A stretch of 64,000 bases of DNA from the NCBI GenBank assembly GCA_052148155.1, contig JBKQIY010000019.1, forward strand, positions 21,964 through 85,963. The letters run 5' to 3'. This DNA comes from Acidimicrobiia bacterium. Lineage in GTDB: Bacteria; Actinomycetota; Acidimicrobiia; IMCC26256; PALSA-610. The notes beneath the pieces were generated by a model that saw only the letters and a program-made list of their open reading frames with translations, did not search any database and was not told the origin of the DNA. Both the position numbers and the translations under genes were made by a program. This document shows, in pieces, positions 1 to 9,902 of this stretch; the first letter of the stretch is position 1, and each line of letters opens with the position of its first letter.

Positions 1-940
1 ACGTGATGTACCGTCCGCGATTGTCCCAGTCGCAGGAACCGCGATCGTCGCCGAAGGTGACGTCGTGCCAAACCCGGTGGGGATCAAGCCGGTCGACGAG
101 CGATGGCGCGACCGCGCCAACGAAGGGGACGGAGCGCTCACATCCGTCCAGCGTCTACGCCAGCGAGCAAAGAACGCGGCAAGGGTCTGGACGCGCGCTC
201 GACCGCGGCCGAGCCGAACTGGGCCCAATCCATCGGCTTGATTGAAGTCCGCGCAGGACAACTCGTCCTGCGCATCCGTGTATATAGCGAACGAACGGGT
301 GTCGACGATCGAACCGACGCTCGGTGTTCCGCGCCAACGCGCCGAGACGTCTTCTCCGGCGAACGCACGTACGGGAGTTGCGTTCGCCGGCCCGGCGGGA
401 TTTCGCGGGCGAGTCGGCCAGACCATGCTCTCACCGCGAGCTCCCGCGATCGTGGCCAGCACCCGGTCCGAATCGGAGTCTTTGTGTGACGATCTGCGCC
501 AGCTCGACAGGGCCTCCCGGCGAGCGGCCAGACCGGGTTGCGGCCGCCAGGTGTCGATCGGTCAGTTCGAAGAGCTGCTCGAGATTGCCGCCGCGCGCGT
601 CAACTCTTTGGCGTCTTCGACGACTTCTACACGATCTGCGAATGGCGTGAAGCCGCGGGCGGTCGGCGAGAACCATTGACGTTGACGGCGCGTTCCGCGC
701 TGTGTCGGCGAACGCGGCGTGAACATGCGCTGCCCGCCGGTGAGACCGTTGCACTCACCGTCCGTTGTGGCTCGCGACGCTCGCCCGCAGGTGTTGTCGA
801 GAGGTCACGACCCCCCACTGTCCGCTTCGGCGGGTCGTGACGACTACGGGCCGCGAACTCGACGTGAACTTCGAGCCTCGTTCGGTCCCGTACGTTGGTC
901 GAACCTCATCTGTACTGGCCTAGGTGCCGATCAGCTAACC

Positions 941-1117
941 GTGAACAGCGACCTACGCGCCATTGTGGAGTGCCTCCTGACTGCGCACTACTCCGACGTA
1001 GAGATCGTCGACTACCTGAAGGGCCCGCTCGGTCTCACAGAACACGAAGCAGTCTGCGCCGTACGCGATGCCGCAGGCCTCTCAGTCGCCGAAACTGACG
1101 ATCCGTCGGCCGTGTAG
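941..1117 (+). CDS. small hypothetical protein (~58 aa)
   Basis: 3' part of ORF 719..1117 from GTG 941 (VNSDLRAIVECLLTAHYSDVEIVDYLKGPLGL...) has protein-like composition; no family recognised. Confidence 0.45.
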   Translation: MNSDLRAIVECLLTAHYSDVEIVDYLKGPLGLTEHEAVCAVRDAAGLSVAETDDPSAV

Positions 1118-1397
1118 CGCACACGTGGCAATCGCGGCGTGCCGTGCTGGGCGGATCGGTTCGAGCCGGCGGCCCGCGCCCGAGGACGGCGCTGACCCGT
1201 AGAGCTTGTTCACCCGCGCGTCTCGATCCTTGGGCGTGTCGCAAAGCTCATCCGAGGCGAGGATCGCAGCCCACGATGTCCACGTCGTGTTTCACGTGTT
1301 CCGCATATTCCTCGGGCGCGGTACGTCACGCTCGTTGCGATTCGTGTCGCCGCGCAGATGAACCGAAACCTCGAACGAGTCTGCAAGTATGTTCACC

Positions 1398-1604
1398 ATG
1401 CGCTACCGGCTACGTGTCGACGCCGTGATCGAAGGTTCTACCTACGCCGACGCCGTGCGGCGCATCGCGGAGCACTTCACAGCGTGGGCGGACGACACGC
1501 CGTCGGATGATCCCGACACGTGGTCTGCGGAGTCGAGTCTCTCGGCGCCTCACTTCGAGGCTGGAGGCATGATCGAGATCATCCCCGAGGAGCCGATCGC
1601 ATAA
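1398..1604 (+). CDS. small acidic hypothetical protein
   Basis: MRYRLRVDAVIEGSTYADAVRRIAEHF..., plausible codon usage; alternative start 1389. Confidence 0.55.
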   Translation: MRYRLRVDAVIEGSTYADAVRRIAEHFTAWADDTPSDDPDTWSAESSLSAPHFEAGGMIEIIPEEPIA

Positions 1605-1751
1605 TGAACATCCCCCGGTAGGCAGAGCCGAATGCGACCGCCGCGCGTCACGACCTGCCGTCGAGGGATAGCGGTGGGGTGCGACCGCGAGGCGAACGCG
1701 CGGGCCCGCAGTCTCGAGCCTACGCAACGTACGTCGCGCGCGGTGTAGGCG

Positions 1752-2189
1752 TTACCTGAGAGTTGGCGCGACGACGAGCACGGTGCCAAGCGCAGCGCAC
1801 ACGAGACGCTCCTCGTTTTCGACATCGATACGCACAACCGCCGTGCGTTTGGTGAGCGAGATGATCTGAGCCCGAGCGTCGAGCACTCCGGTAGTGACGG
1901 CGGCGAGGTAGTTGATCTTGAACTCTGTGGTCGCGGCCCATGCGCCGCGCGAAATCACCGGGTAGAGCACTGTGCCGAGCACGTGATCGCACAACGCGGC
2001 GAGGACGCCGCCGTGCAAGTTGCTGAACGGTGTCAACAAGTCGTCGCGCACCGTGAGCTGCGCGTGCAAGGTCCCCGGGCCGATCTCGACGTGTTGGATC
2101 GCCAGGAACGCCGCGAGACCCCCAGCGGCCGCGGCTGATCCCGCCAAGCTGGCAGCGACCTTTGCGTCGTACTGTGGAAACTCAGGCAT
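1752..2189 (-). CDS. PaaI family hotdog-fold thioesterase
   Basis: NLHGGVLAALCD motif, TTEFKINYL; ATG at 2189 chosen. Confidence 0.9.
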   Translation of the reverse strand: MPEFPQYDAKVAASLAGSAAAAGGLAAFLAIQHVEIGPGTLHAQLTVRDDLLTPFSNLHGGVLAALCDHVLGTVLYPVISRGAWAATTEFKINYLAAVTTGVLDARAQIISLTKRTAVVRIDVENEERLVCAALGTVLVVAPTLR

Positions 2190-2205
2190 CGTCACCGGGC
2201 GAGTC

Positions 2206-2500
2206 TTACGCCTCGGGCGCGAGGACTGCATGCACAGGCGGCACGTCGTCTTCACCTGCCATCACGGACAGGAGGGCACCGACATCGTCGCGACCGGCGA
2301 CCCGACGCGGGAGTTCCTCGAACGGAAAGCGCCGCGCCGCCAGCAACTCGAGCGCGTGCGAATAGGCCGCGGCATCGCGTCCAACGCGCCGAGAACGCGA
2401 AGCCCCCTTGTCGACAACCTTGTCCGCATCGAACGCCGTTGTGACGCTCGCGGCTCCCCGCGTGCCCGCCGAGGCCCCGCTCAGATTGTGGTGTCTTGCC
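2206..2500 (-). pseudogene. C-terminal remnant of a zinc-binding (MDR) alcohol dehydrogenase
   Basis: AGTRG...FDADKVVDK...DAAAYSHALELLAARRFPFEELPRRVAG...PPVHAVLAP resembles an actinobacterial MDR C-terminus; N-terminal part absent; boundaries approximate. Confidence 0.55.
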
Positions 2501-2706
2501 CAGCCCGGGAGTCTGGGGACGCGGCGCCACGATTCATGCCACGGCGGCCGACGCCGGGCAAGCGCGCCGGTCGGACGAACGGGCTGTTCCCGAGGCGTCA
2601 ACCGCGAGCAACCGGTCAGAGAACCCCCAACCGCGGCGCAGCACGCGGTCCGCAAGCATCCCGGTGACATGGAGGTCCCACGTCGGGCCATGCGATGATG
2701 AGGTCG

Positions 2707-4305
2707 ATGAGCGATCGGCCTGAGCTTGATGTCGTAATCGTTGGTGCGGGGTTTGCCGGCCTGTACATGCTGCACCGGGCCCGAACGATCGGATTGTCGG
2801 CGCGTGCGATCGAGGCGGGCGGCGGCGTGGGTGGCACGTGGTACTGGAACCGCTATCCCGGCGCGCGCTGTGACGTGGAGAGCATGGAGTACTCGTACCA
2901 GTTCTCCGAGGAGCTCCAGCAGGAATGGGTGTGGACGGAGCGTTACGCGAGCCAACCCGAAATCCTCGACTACGCGAACCACGTCGCCGACCGCTTCGAT
3001 CTGCGTCGTGATATCCAGTTCGAGACGCGGGTCGTGTCCGCCATCTACGACGACGCCGCAGATCGGTGGAGGCTCCGCACCGATGACGGGGGTGAGTTGT
3101 CGACGCAGTACCTCGTGATGGCGACCGGTTGCCTGTCATCGGCACGTATCCCCGAGTTCCCGGGCCTCGACCGTTTCCACGGTGCCACTTACCACACCGG
3201 CAGGTGGCCGCACGAAGGCGTCGATTTCTCAGGCCAACACGTCGGCGTGATCGGGACGGGCTCATCCGGCATTCAGTCCATCCCGATCATCGCCCGACAA
3301 GCGAGCCGACTCACTGTGTTCCAGCGCACCGCCAGTTACTCGATCCCGGCCCGAAACGGGCCCCTCGACGAGGAGGAACAGCGCGCGGTCAAGGATGACT
3401 ACCGGGCGTTTCGGGCTCGTAACTCGCTCATGCAGACCGCGATCGGTTCACGTCTTCCGCTCAACGAGAGCTCGGCGCTTGCGGTCGCGCCCGACGAACA
3501 AGTACGGGTGTACGAGACACGTTGGCGACACGGCGGGTTGCCGTTCCTCGGCGCGTTCTTCGATCTTCTCTTCGACCGCGACGCGAACGAAACGGCGGCC
3601 GAGTTCGTGCGGTCGAAAATCCGGGAGATCGTCAAGAATCCCGATGTGGCCGACCGGCTGTCGCCGAGAACGGTTATCGGATGTAAGCGGCTCTGCGTCG
3701 ATACCGACTACTTCGAGACTTTCAACCGCGACAATGTCGAGCTCATCGACGTGAGCGAGTCGCCTATCGACGAGATCACACAACACGGTTTACGCGTCGC
3801 CGGCCGCGAGTTCGAGTTCGATTCGATCGTATTCGCGACTGGCTTTGACGCCATGACCGGCGCGTTGCTGAGTATCGACATTCGCGGCCGTGACGGTCGG
3901 TCACTCCGGGACGCGTGGGCCGAGGGACCATGCACGTATCTCGGTCTGGGCGTCGTGGGGTTCCCGAACCTTTTCACAATCTCCGGTCCGGGCAGTCCGT
4001 CGGTACTCACCAACATGATCGTCTCCATCGAACAGCACGTGAACTGGATCACCGAATGCATCGCCTACCTGCGAGACCACGGGTATCGTCACATCGAGGT
4101 GACAGCCGAAGCTCAGGAAGCATGGGTGACCTACGTGAACGCGATCGCGGACTTCACACTCTTTCCGTCGTGCAATTCGTGGTATCTCGGCGCCAACATT
4201 CCAGGCAAGCCGCGCGTGTTCATGCCGTTACTCGGTTACCCGTCCTACGTCGAGAAATGTAACGACGTCGCGGCCAAAAGCTACGAAGGATTCGTCCTTG
4301 CGTAG
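2707..4305 (+). CDS. Baeyer-Villiger monooxygenase (cyclohexanone/phenylacetone monooxygenase family)
   Basis: GAGFAG, GGTWYWNRYPGARCD, BVMO fingerprint FHGATYHTGRWP, GTGSSG, ATGFD. Confidence 0.95.
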   Translation: MSDRPELDVVIVGAGFAGLYMLHRARTIGLSARAIEAGGGVGGTWYWNRYPGARCDVESMEYSYQFSEELQQEWVWTERYASQPEILDYANHVADRFDLRRDIQFETRVVSAIYDDAADRWRLRTDDGGELSTQYLVMATGCLSSARIPEFPGLDRFHGATYHTGRWPHEGVDFSGQHVGVIGTGSSGIQSIPIIARQASRLTVFQRTASYSIPARNGPLDEEEQRAVKDDYRAFRARNSLMQTAIGSRLPLNESSALAVAPDEQVRVYETRWRHGGLPFLGAFFDLLFDRDANETAAEFVRSKIREIVKNPDVADRLSPRTVIGCKRLCVDTDYFETFNRDNVELIDVSESPIDEITQHGLRVAGREFEFDSIVFATGFDAMTGALLSIDIRGRDGRSLRDAWAEGPCTYLGLGVVGFPNLFTISGPGSPSVLTNMIVSIEQHVNWITECIAYLRDHGYRHIEVTAEAQEAWVTYVNAIADFTLFPSCNSWYLGANIPGKPRVFMPLLGYPSYVEKCNDVAAKSYEGFVLA

Positions 4306-5391
4306 TCAGATGATCTCTCGTGCGTCGCGGTCCGGCAGTTCGGGATACGGAGCGAGGGGGAGTGTCTGGTACCAGTAGGCAACCGTCGCGATGTCGTCTC
4401 GGAGTTGCAGGTATCGGCCGCCTGACCGCCATCCAAGGGCCTGCATTGTCACGGCGAGGTCGGTTCGGAATCGGATCGGGTCGGTGAGGTGCCATCGATA
4501 TAGGCCGAATCGTTGCTGCGACCGGTAGTTGCCGTCGGGTCGAAGTACCTGCGGCATGCCGGCATACGGCGTCGTGAACTCGGTGTAGTCGCCCCCGACG
4601 TCAAAGTTGTAGGAGCCGCAGAAGTAATCCTCGGTGCCGGTTCCGCAGATCGTCGGAAACGTGTTGTCGCCGTCGATGAAGAACTTCAGCTCGCCCTCGC
4701 CCCACCAGCCGGAGTTGTTGACCCCCCACGCGCAATACGTTCCGACGTATTGACCTCGACCTCTGACGCCATCGAGGATCGGAACGATGTCACCTTCTCG
4801 GACTGGATTCACGCGACGGAACTGCGCACAGAATCGTCCGGCATCGCCGGGCACATCACAAAGTGAATACGTGATCTGGTAGTAGACGAGCCGTTCGGTC
4901 TCGCTCTCGTTGGAGAGAGTGATGCGGGCCCGTCGTTGGAACGGCATCTCCCAGTAGCAGTTGAAGGCGCGACCGGGATTGACGCACACAGCGAGCGACG
5001 AAACTTGGGCGTACTCGCCCCACCCGCAGGCGAAGAAGTCGCCGACCGGAGATTCGACCGCGGCTTGCGGGTCGTCGTCCCAGTACATTCGCAGGATCTG
5101 GTTGCGCCAACTGCCGGTCGGTGTGAGCCAGATGTGTTGGATCGCACCGGGGCCCTCGATGTCGGCGAGTACGAAGGTCGTGTGCGGAGCGATCGTGACG
5201 GACGGGGAGATCTTCCATCCCTGGCCTAGCTCGCGGCCCGGTCCTGCTCCGGTGCCTTCGGTGGCCGTTCCGCCCCGGCCCTTTTCGCCGGTGAAGTTCT
5301 CGGGGCTGATCGACCGGGTCTCGGCATCGGCGAGCCGCCAGACGTTTCCGAGGCCGACTCCCAATCCGTTCCATGCTTTGTCGTCAGTCAC
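4306..5391 (-). CDS. DUF2961 / glycoside hydrolase family 172 protein
   Basis: SISPENFTGEKG, WWGEGE, GTGTEDYF, YRWHLTDPIRF motifs. Confidence 0.9.
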   Translation of the reverse strand: MTDDKAWNGLGVGLGNVWRLADAETRSISPENFTGEKGRGGTATEGTGAGPGRELGQGWKISPSVTIAPHTTFVLADIEGPGAIQHIWLTPTGSWRNQILRMYWDDDPQAAVESPVGDFFACGWGEYAQVSSLAVCVNPGRAFNCYWEMPFQRRARITLSNESETERLVYYQITYSLCDVPGDAGRFCAQFRRVNPVREGDIVPILDGVRGRGQYVGTYCAWGVNNSGWWGEGELKFFIDGDNTFPTICGTGTEDYFCGSYNFDVGGDYTEFTTPYAGMPQVLRPDGNYRSQQRFGLYRWHLTDPIRFRTDLAVTMQALGWRSGGRYLQLRDDIATVAYWYQTLPLAPYPELPDRDAREII

Positions 5392-5451
5392 GACCGATGG
5401 TCTAGCCCGATTCCGATCCCTGCTGTCGAGGAGCGCTGCTATAACGAGTCC

Positions 5452-5886
5452 ATGGCAACGCCACTCGGTACGCCCGGCTCGTCAAAGAGCCTGCCTCTGA
5501 TACTGGCGCGGGAGCTCGCGGCGAACCTCGCGACGCCGATGTTCTTGCTGGACGCGGGCGGAATGTTGGTCTTCTACAACGACGCGGCCGCGCTGCTGCT
5601 CGGAAAGCCGTTCGCGGAGCTCGGCGAGATCCCATCAGGCGAGTTCGGTGCCTCACTGAACCTCACAACTCCGGACGGCGAACCGGTTCGCCGACGCGAT
5701 AGTCCGTCCGGCATCGCCTTCTACAACCACCGTCCCGCGCACATGACCGTCATGGCGACGGCCTACAACGGCGTACGCCGCGAGTACGAAGCGACGGCAT
5801 ATCCGCTACTCGGCGCGACCGGCGAGATGAACGGAGTCGTGGCCGTGTTCTGGGAGACCGAGCCCGGCGAACGCGGGACCTCATGA
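5452..5886 (+). CDS. stand-alone PAS-domain protein
   Basis: PMFLLDAGGMLVFYNDAAALLLG ... TAYPLLGATGEMNGVVAVF PAS pattern; ATGA overlap with next gene. Confidence 0.8.
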   Translation: MATPLGTPGSSKSLPLILARELAANLATPMFLLDAGGMLVFYNDAAALLLGKPFAELGEIPSGEFGASLNLTTPDGEPVRRRDSPSGIAFYNHRPAHMTVMATAYNGVRREYEATAYPLLGATGEMNGVVAVFWETEPGERGTS

Positions 5887-6725
5887 ACGTCCGAGTCTGG
5901 GGATGTCGAGGGTCGGTCGCGGCGCCGGGCCCCGATACGGTCAAGTACGGAGGCAACACGTCGTGTGTTGAAGTGCGGCTCGAGAGCGGACACGCGCTCG
6001 TTCTTGACGCTGGAACCGGGATGCGTCCGTTGGGCGTCGCGATGCAGGACAATCTTCCGACTGAGCTCCACGTCATGCTCACGCATCTTCACCTGGATCA
6101 TCTGCAGGGCCTCGGATTTTTTCGACCCTTGTTCACGCCGGGGCTCGACATTCACATTTGGGGTCCGACGTCGCCGGTGCAGCATTTGGCCGAGCGCATC
6201 GCGATGTACTTGTCGCCTCCTCTTTTTCCCGTACGGCTCGAAGACGTCCCCGCGCATCTCACCTTCCACGACGCGCCCGAGGAGCCCGTGACAGTCGGCT
6301 CGGCGACGATCAGAGCGGCCAAGGTGACGCATCAAGGACCCACGGTCGGCTATCGAATCGAGGAACACGGCCGGGCGCTCGTGTACCTCCCCGACCACGA
6401 GCCGTCGCTCGGTGCCGATCTTGCCACGGTCCCGGCGCGGTGGATGAGCGGGCACGACATCGCCCGTGACGCAGACGTGTTGTTGCACGACGGTCAGTAC
6501 CGCGATCACGAGTACGGCGCCCACATCGGTTGGGGACACTCGAGTATCGGCGATGCGATGGAGTTTGCCGACAAGGCTGACGTTGGCAAACTGATGCTGT
6601 TCCATCACGATCCGTACCACACCGACGACGAACTCGACGCGTTGCTCGGCGAAGCCCAAAGTCACTGGCCTGGTATGGAGAACCGGGTCTGTCTCGCGTA
6701 TGAAGGCATGACGTTCGAAGTGTGA
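5883..6725 (+). CDS. MBL-fold metallohydrolase (RNase Z / cyclic-nucleotide phosphodiesterase-like)
   Basis: GCRGS, YGGNTSCV, LDAGTG, THLHLDH, GWGHSS, FHHDP. Confidence 0.9.
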   Translation: MNVRVWGCRGSVAAPGPDTVKYGGNTSCVEVRLESGHALVLDAGTGMRPLGVAMQDNLPTELHVMLTHLHLDHLQGLGFFRPLFTPGLDIHIWGPTSPVQHLAERIAMYLSPPLFPVRLEDVPAHLTFHDAPEEPVTVGSATIRAAKVTHQGPTVGYRIEEHGRALVYLPDHEPSLGADLATVPARWMSGHDIARDADVLLHDGQYRDHEYGAHIGWGHSSIGDAMEFADKADVGKLMLFHHDPYHTDDELDALLGEAQSHWPGMENRVCLAYEGMTFEV

Positions 6726-6737
6726 CGGCCTGACGCG

Positions 6738-8006
6738 TCACCGTCTCGTCAGTTTATGCCACGTCTCGAGGTCGTGTTCGCCGGCAGGTCGGCCGACCCG
6801 CGTGATCGTGTCGACGTCAGCAGCCTCGAACCGTAAGGCTCCGACGGTGCAGCGTTCGCGGGCACGAAACGCGAAGGGGTCGAAGTCGAAGTGCGACATC
6901 GCATTGCGGTGCGTGATCTTGTCGACCACTTCGCGGTCGAGCCCGGCGAACAAGACGTCAAGTCGTTCGGGTGCGTCCGGCCATGAGCTGTCCGAGTGCG
7001 GGTAGTCGGATTCCCAGCACACGTTGTCGACGTTGAAGTGGTCGAGGAGTTGGATTCCGACGCGATCCTCGATGAAGCAGCACAAGATGCGCTCACGGAA
7101 CAGTTCGCTCGGCGACAGACCCTGCGGTGGGTCGTGACGCATCCAACCATTGTGCCGATCGCGCGTGTGTTCGGCGCGTTGCAGGAAATACGGAATCCAA
7201 CCAATGTCACCCTCGGTGAGCGCAAACCGCAACGCGGGGAAACGTTGCCAGAAGTCGGCCCACAACAGGTCGCCCAGGGTGTAGATCGCCATCACCGGCG
7301 AAAGGTTCATCGGAACTGGCGCCGGAGCGTCCAGTGCTGTCGATGCTGACTTCGAGGACGAACCGACATGGCAGCACAACACGGTCCCGACATCGCAACA
7401 CGCGGCGAACAACGGATCCCATTGCCCCGAGTGGATACTCGGCATCCCGAGACCGGCGGGATTTTCGGAGAAGGTGGCGGCGTGGCAGCCTTTGGCCGCC
7501 AGCCGGCCGACCTCGGCCGCGGCCTCGTTGACGTCGAACAGTGGCAGAATTCCGCACGGGATGAATCGATCGGGATACGCCGCGCACCATTCGTCCACGT
7601 GCCAGTCGTTGTAGGCCTTGATCATCACGAGATTGACCTTGTGATCGGGCCCGAGGTTGAGGACCTGTCCGGAGAAGCCGGTCCAGTTCGGAAAGTTCAA
7701 TCCCGCGAGCTGGCCCCCGGCCGACATGTCGCGCACTCGTTCGTGGACGTCGTAACAGCCGGGCCGCATCTCTTCGTAACGCGACGGATCGACGTTGAAC
7801 ATTTCGGGCGTCTTGCCGGCCACCGCGTTGAGTCCGAGGTTCCGGCCCCGCAGCTCGCCGTAGTACCACTGGAGCGAACCGTCCGGCTCCTCGACAACGC
7901 GCGGTGCAAGGTCGTGGTAAATCTTCGGAACATGTGCGTCGAACATGTCGGCCGGCTCGCAAATGTGGTCGTCGACCGACACGAGGATCAGATCGTCAGC
8001 GTTCAT
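6738..8006 (-). CDS. amidohydrolase family protein (amidohydro_2)
   Basis: SVDDH metal motif, AYNDWHVDEWC, WESDYPHSD. Confidence 0.9.
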   Translation of the reverse strand: MNADDLILVSVDDHICEPADMFDAHVPKIYHDLAPRVVEEPDGSLQWYYGELRGRNLGLNAVAGKTPEMFNVDPSRYEEMRPGCYDVHERVRDMSAGGQLAGLNFPNWTGFSGQVLNLGPDHKVNLVMIKAYNDWHVDEWCAAYPDRFIPCGILPLFDVNEAAAEVGRLAAKGCHAATFSENPAGLGMPSIHSGQWDPLFAACCDVGTVLCCHVGSSSKSASTALDAPAPVPMNLSPVMAIYTLGDLLWADFWQRFPALRFALTEGDIGWIPYFLQRAEHTRDRHNGWMRHDPPQGLSPSELFRERILCCFIEDRVGIQLLDHFNVDNVCWESDYPHSDSSWPDAPERLDVLFAGLDREVVDKITHRNAMSHFDFDPFAFRARERCTVGALRFEAADVDTITRVGRPAGEHDLETWHKLTRR

Positions 8007-8060
8007 AGCTCTCCGTCTCGCCGGGAAACCGTGATCCGCGCAAAGTACAGTTGTCCGGCG

Positions 8061-8306
8061 ATGGGTGCCGGCAACAATTCGAAGTGGTCGCTGTGGTCTG
8101 AAGATTCGCTGCTCTGCATCGGGAGCCGCGGGTCATTTCTCTCCGTCGGTTCGATCGGCTCGGTGTTATCGATCGGATCAGTCGGCTCGGCGGTTTCGGT
8201 GCTTTCTGTCGGCTCGTTCGTGTCGGTGCTCTCTATCTTGTCCGCGGGGTCGCTCCGCTCGATCATGAGCGCGGGCCTCAACCGTGCAGTGCTTGGTCGG
8301 CATTGA
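8061..8306 (+). CDS. small Ser/Gly-rich periodic (S-x-x)n protein
   Basis: ATG 8061; IGSRGSFLSVGSIGSVLSIGSVGSAVSVLSVGSFVSVLSILS; divergent from the amidohydrolase. Confidence 0.65.
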   Translation: MGAGNNSKWSLWSEDSLLCIGSRGSFLSVGSIGSVLSIGSVGSAVSVLSVGSFVSVLSILSAGSLRSIMSAGLNRAVLGRH

Positions 8307-8322
8307 GCGTTCCTAACCGTCG

Positions 8323-9321
8323 TCACGGCGAAACCGAAGGCCGCCGCACCAACGCGAGTGCAATGCGTTGCGGCTCGGCTGCTCGTGCGACGTTGGCCAA
8401 AACCACGACGGCACGTTCGGATTGCGGGAAGATCGCGAAGAACGCCGAATAGCCGCCGGTCTGGCCGTTGTGCCAGATCATCGAACGATCACTTTCGGGT
8501 CTGCGGTCGATGACCCAGAACATGCCGGTTTCGCGGCAAGGCCGGTCGGTTTCCACGCCGGCGATAGCAACGAGGGAGCCTTTGCCCGGCGCCGAGCCTT
8601 GCAGCAGCGAGCACGCAAGATCGGCCATGTCCGCGATCGTGCTGACGACCGCGCCGGCCGGCGCGTAGCCGTCCATGATCCACGGCCGCGGTCGACGACC
8701 CGCCGATGACCAGCCGCGCGGCGCCGTGTCGTTTCGAGCTGAGACACTCGATGCGCGCAAGCCGATCGGAATGAAGATCCGGTCTCGTAGCAGCGATGGG
8801 TAGTCGCTGCCGGCGGTCGTTGCCAAGAGCTCTCCGAGCAACGCTGCCCCAAGGTTGGAGTACCGGTAACGTCCGCGCTGCGAGAGCGGCTGGCGAGCTG
8901 CCCCCTTCAACAGATCGGACCCGGTCGTGCCGCGGTACGGATCTGTGCCGAAGAGAGCGCCTTGAAGTGCTCGTGCCCGGACCCGGTGTCCTCCGCCGAC
9001 TCTCGCCAGACCCGACGTGTGGGTGCAGAGTTCCTGCATCGTTACCGACCCGAGTTCTGTACCTCTCGCGTTCGGAGAGATCGTGCCGACATCGGTTCCC
9101 AGCGACACCTCACCGCGCGTAATCGCATCGGCGAGAAGCATCCCCGTGAGCGCCTTCGTCACCGAACCGAGCTCGAATCGCGTTCGGGGACCGGCATCAA
9201 TAAACGCGCAACGGACACGTATCTCGTCACGTAGGCCGATCACGGCCGCTGCGACACTCCTCGTCGTGCGACCCGCGATCGCCGCGAGCTTCGCCGCAAG
9301 CTCGGGATCGCCGTGCGGCAT
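8323..9321 (-). CDS. serine hydrolase, beta-lactamase/class C fold
   Basis: FELGSVTK (SxxK), YRYSN (YxN), HNGQTGG; start overlaps upstream stop (TAATG). Confidence 0.88.
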   Translation of the reverse strand: MPHGDPELAAKLAAIAGRTTRSVAAAVIGLRDEIRVRCAFIDAGPRTRFELGSVTKALTGMLLADAITRGEVSLGTDVGTISPNARGTELGSVTMQELCTHTSGLARVGGGHRVRARALQGALFGTDPYRGTTGSDLLKGAARQPLSQRGRYRYSNLGAALLGELLATTAGSDYPSLLRDRIFIPIGLRASSVSARNDTAPRGWSSAGRRPRPWIMDGYAPAGAVVSTIADMADLACSLLQGSAPGKGSLVAIAGVETDRPCRETGMFWVIDRRPESDRSMIWHNGQTGGYSAFFAIFPQSERAVVVLANVARAAEPQRIALALVRRPSVSP

Positions 9322-9902
9322 TACGTGTCGGCTGCTCGCGCGGTCGCCAATGCAGACGCCCACCAGTGGAGGTCGTCGCCGAGCAGGGCGAGTTTGGGAG
9401 CGAGCGGGTCGAGGAGCGCGGGATCGAACGGCTCCGGAGCTCGGATCGCCGGCACCAGCACGTCGGGCAGGATGTGCACTGCATGGCGGAGCGGCGCCAT
9501 CTCCAGTTCGACCACGACGAGGCGAAGCTGCTCAATCGCCCGGGCACCGCCGACGTTGCCCCACCCGACGAAAGACACGGGCTTATGGCGCCACTCGACC
9601 CACGTGTGGTCGATCGCGTTCTTCAACACGGCCGAATATCCGTGGTTGTACTCAGGTGTCACGATCACGAAACCGTCGGCTCGATCCAGGACCTGACCGA
9701 GGCGCTCAACCTCGGACGACGGGTAGTCGCGCAGCGTCCGGGCCGGCGCGATCCCGTCGAAGAACGGCAGGGGATGGTCGCGCAGGTCGAGGAGCTCGAT
9801 CTCCATGTCGCCGCGGGCCGAGAGACCCTGAACGACCCATGCCCCGGCCCGCTCGCTGAATCGGTTGTCACGTGTACTGCCGAGAACTACCTGGATGAGC
9901 AT
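9321..9902 (-). CDS. NAD(P)H-dependent FMN reductase
   Basis: GSTRDNR, TPEYNHGYSAVLKNAID, GGARAIEQLR. Confidence 0.92.
   Translation of the reverse strand: MLIQVVLGSTRDNRFSERAGAWVVQGLSARGDMEIELLDLRDHPLPFFDGIAPARTLRDYPSSEVERLGQVLDRADGFVIVTPEYNHGYSAVLKNAIDHTWVEWRHKPVSFVGWGNVGGARAIEQLRLVVVELEMAPLRHAVHILPDVLVPAIRAPEPFDPALLDPLAPKLALLGDDLHWWASALATARAADT

Noticed and set aside
1-700. Several ORFs, including a minus-strand frame open to the left edge
   Set aside because: No recognisable motif or convincing start; cannot be supported without the adjacent sequence
8003-8326. Minus-strand ORF with TEP-like repeats
   Set aside because: Reads as the antisense shadow of the Ser-periodic + strand protein
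8323-9321. Possible beta-lactam resistance gene
   Set aside because: The fold is shared by many esterases and peptidases; no signal peptide; no evidence for beta-lactamase activity
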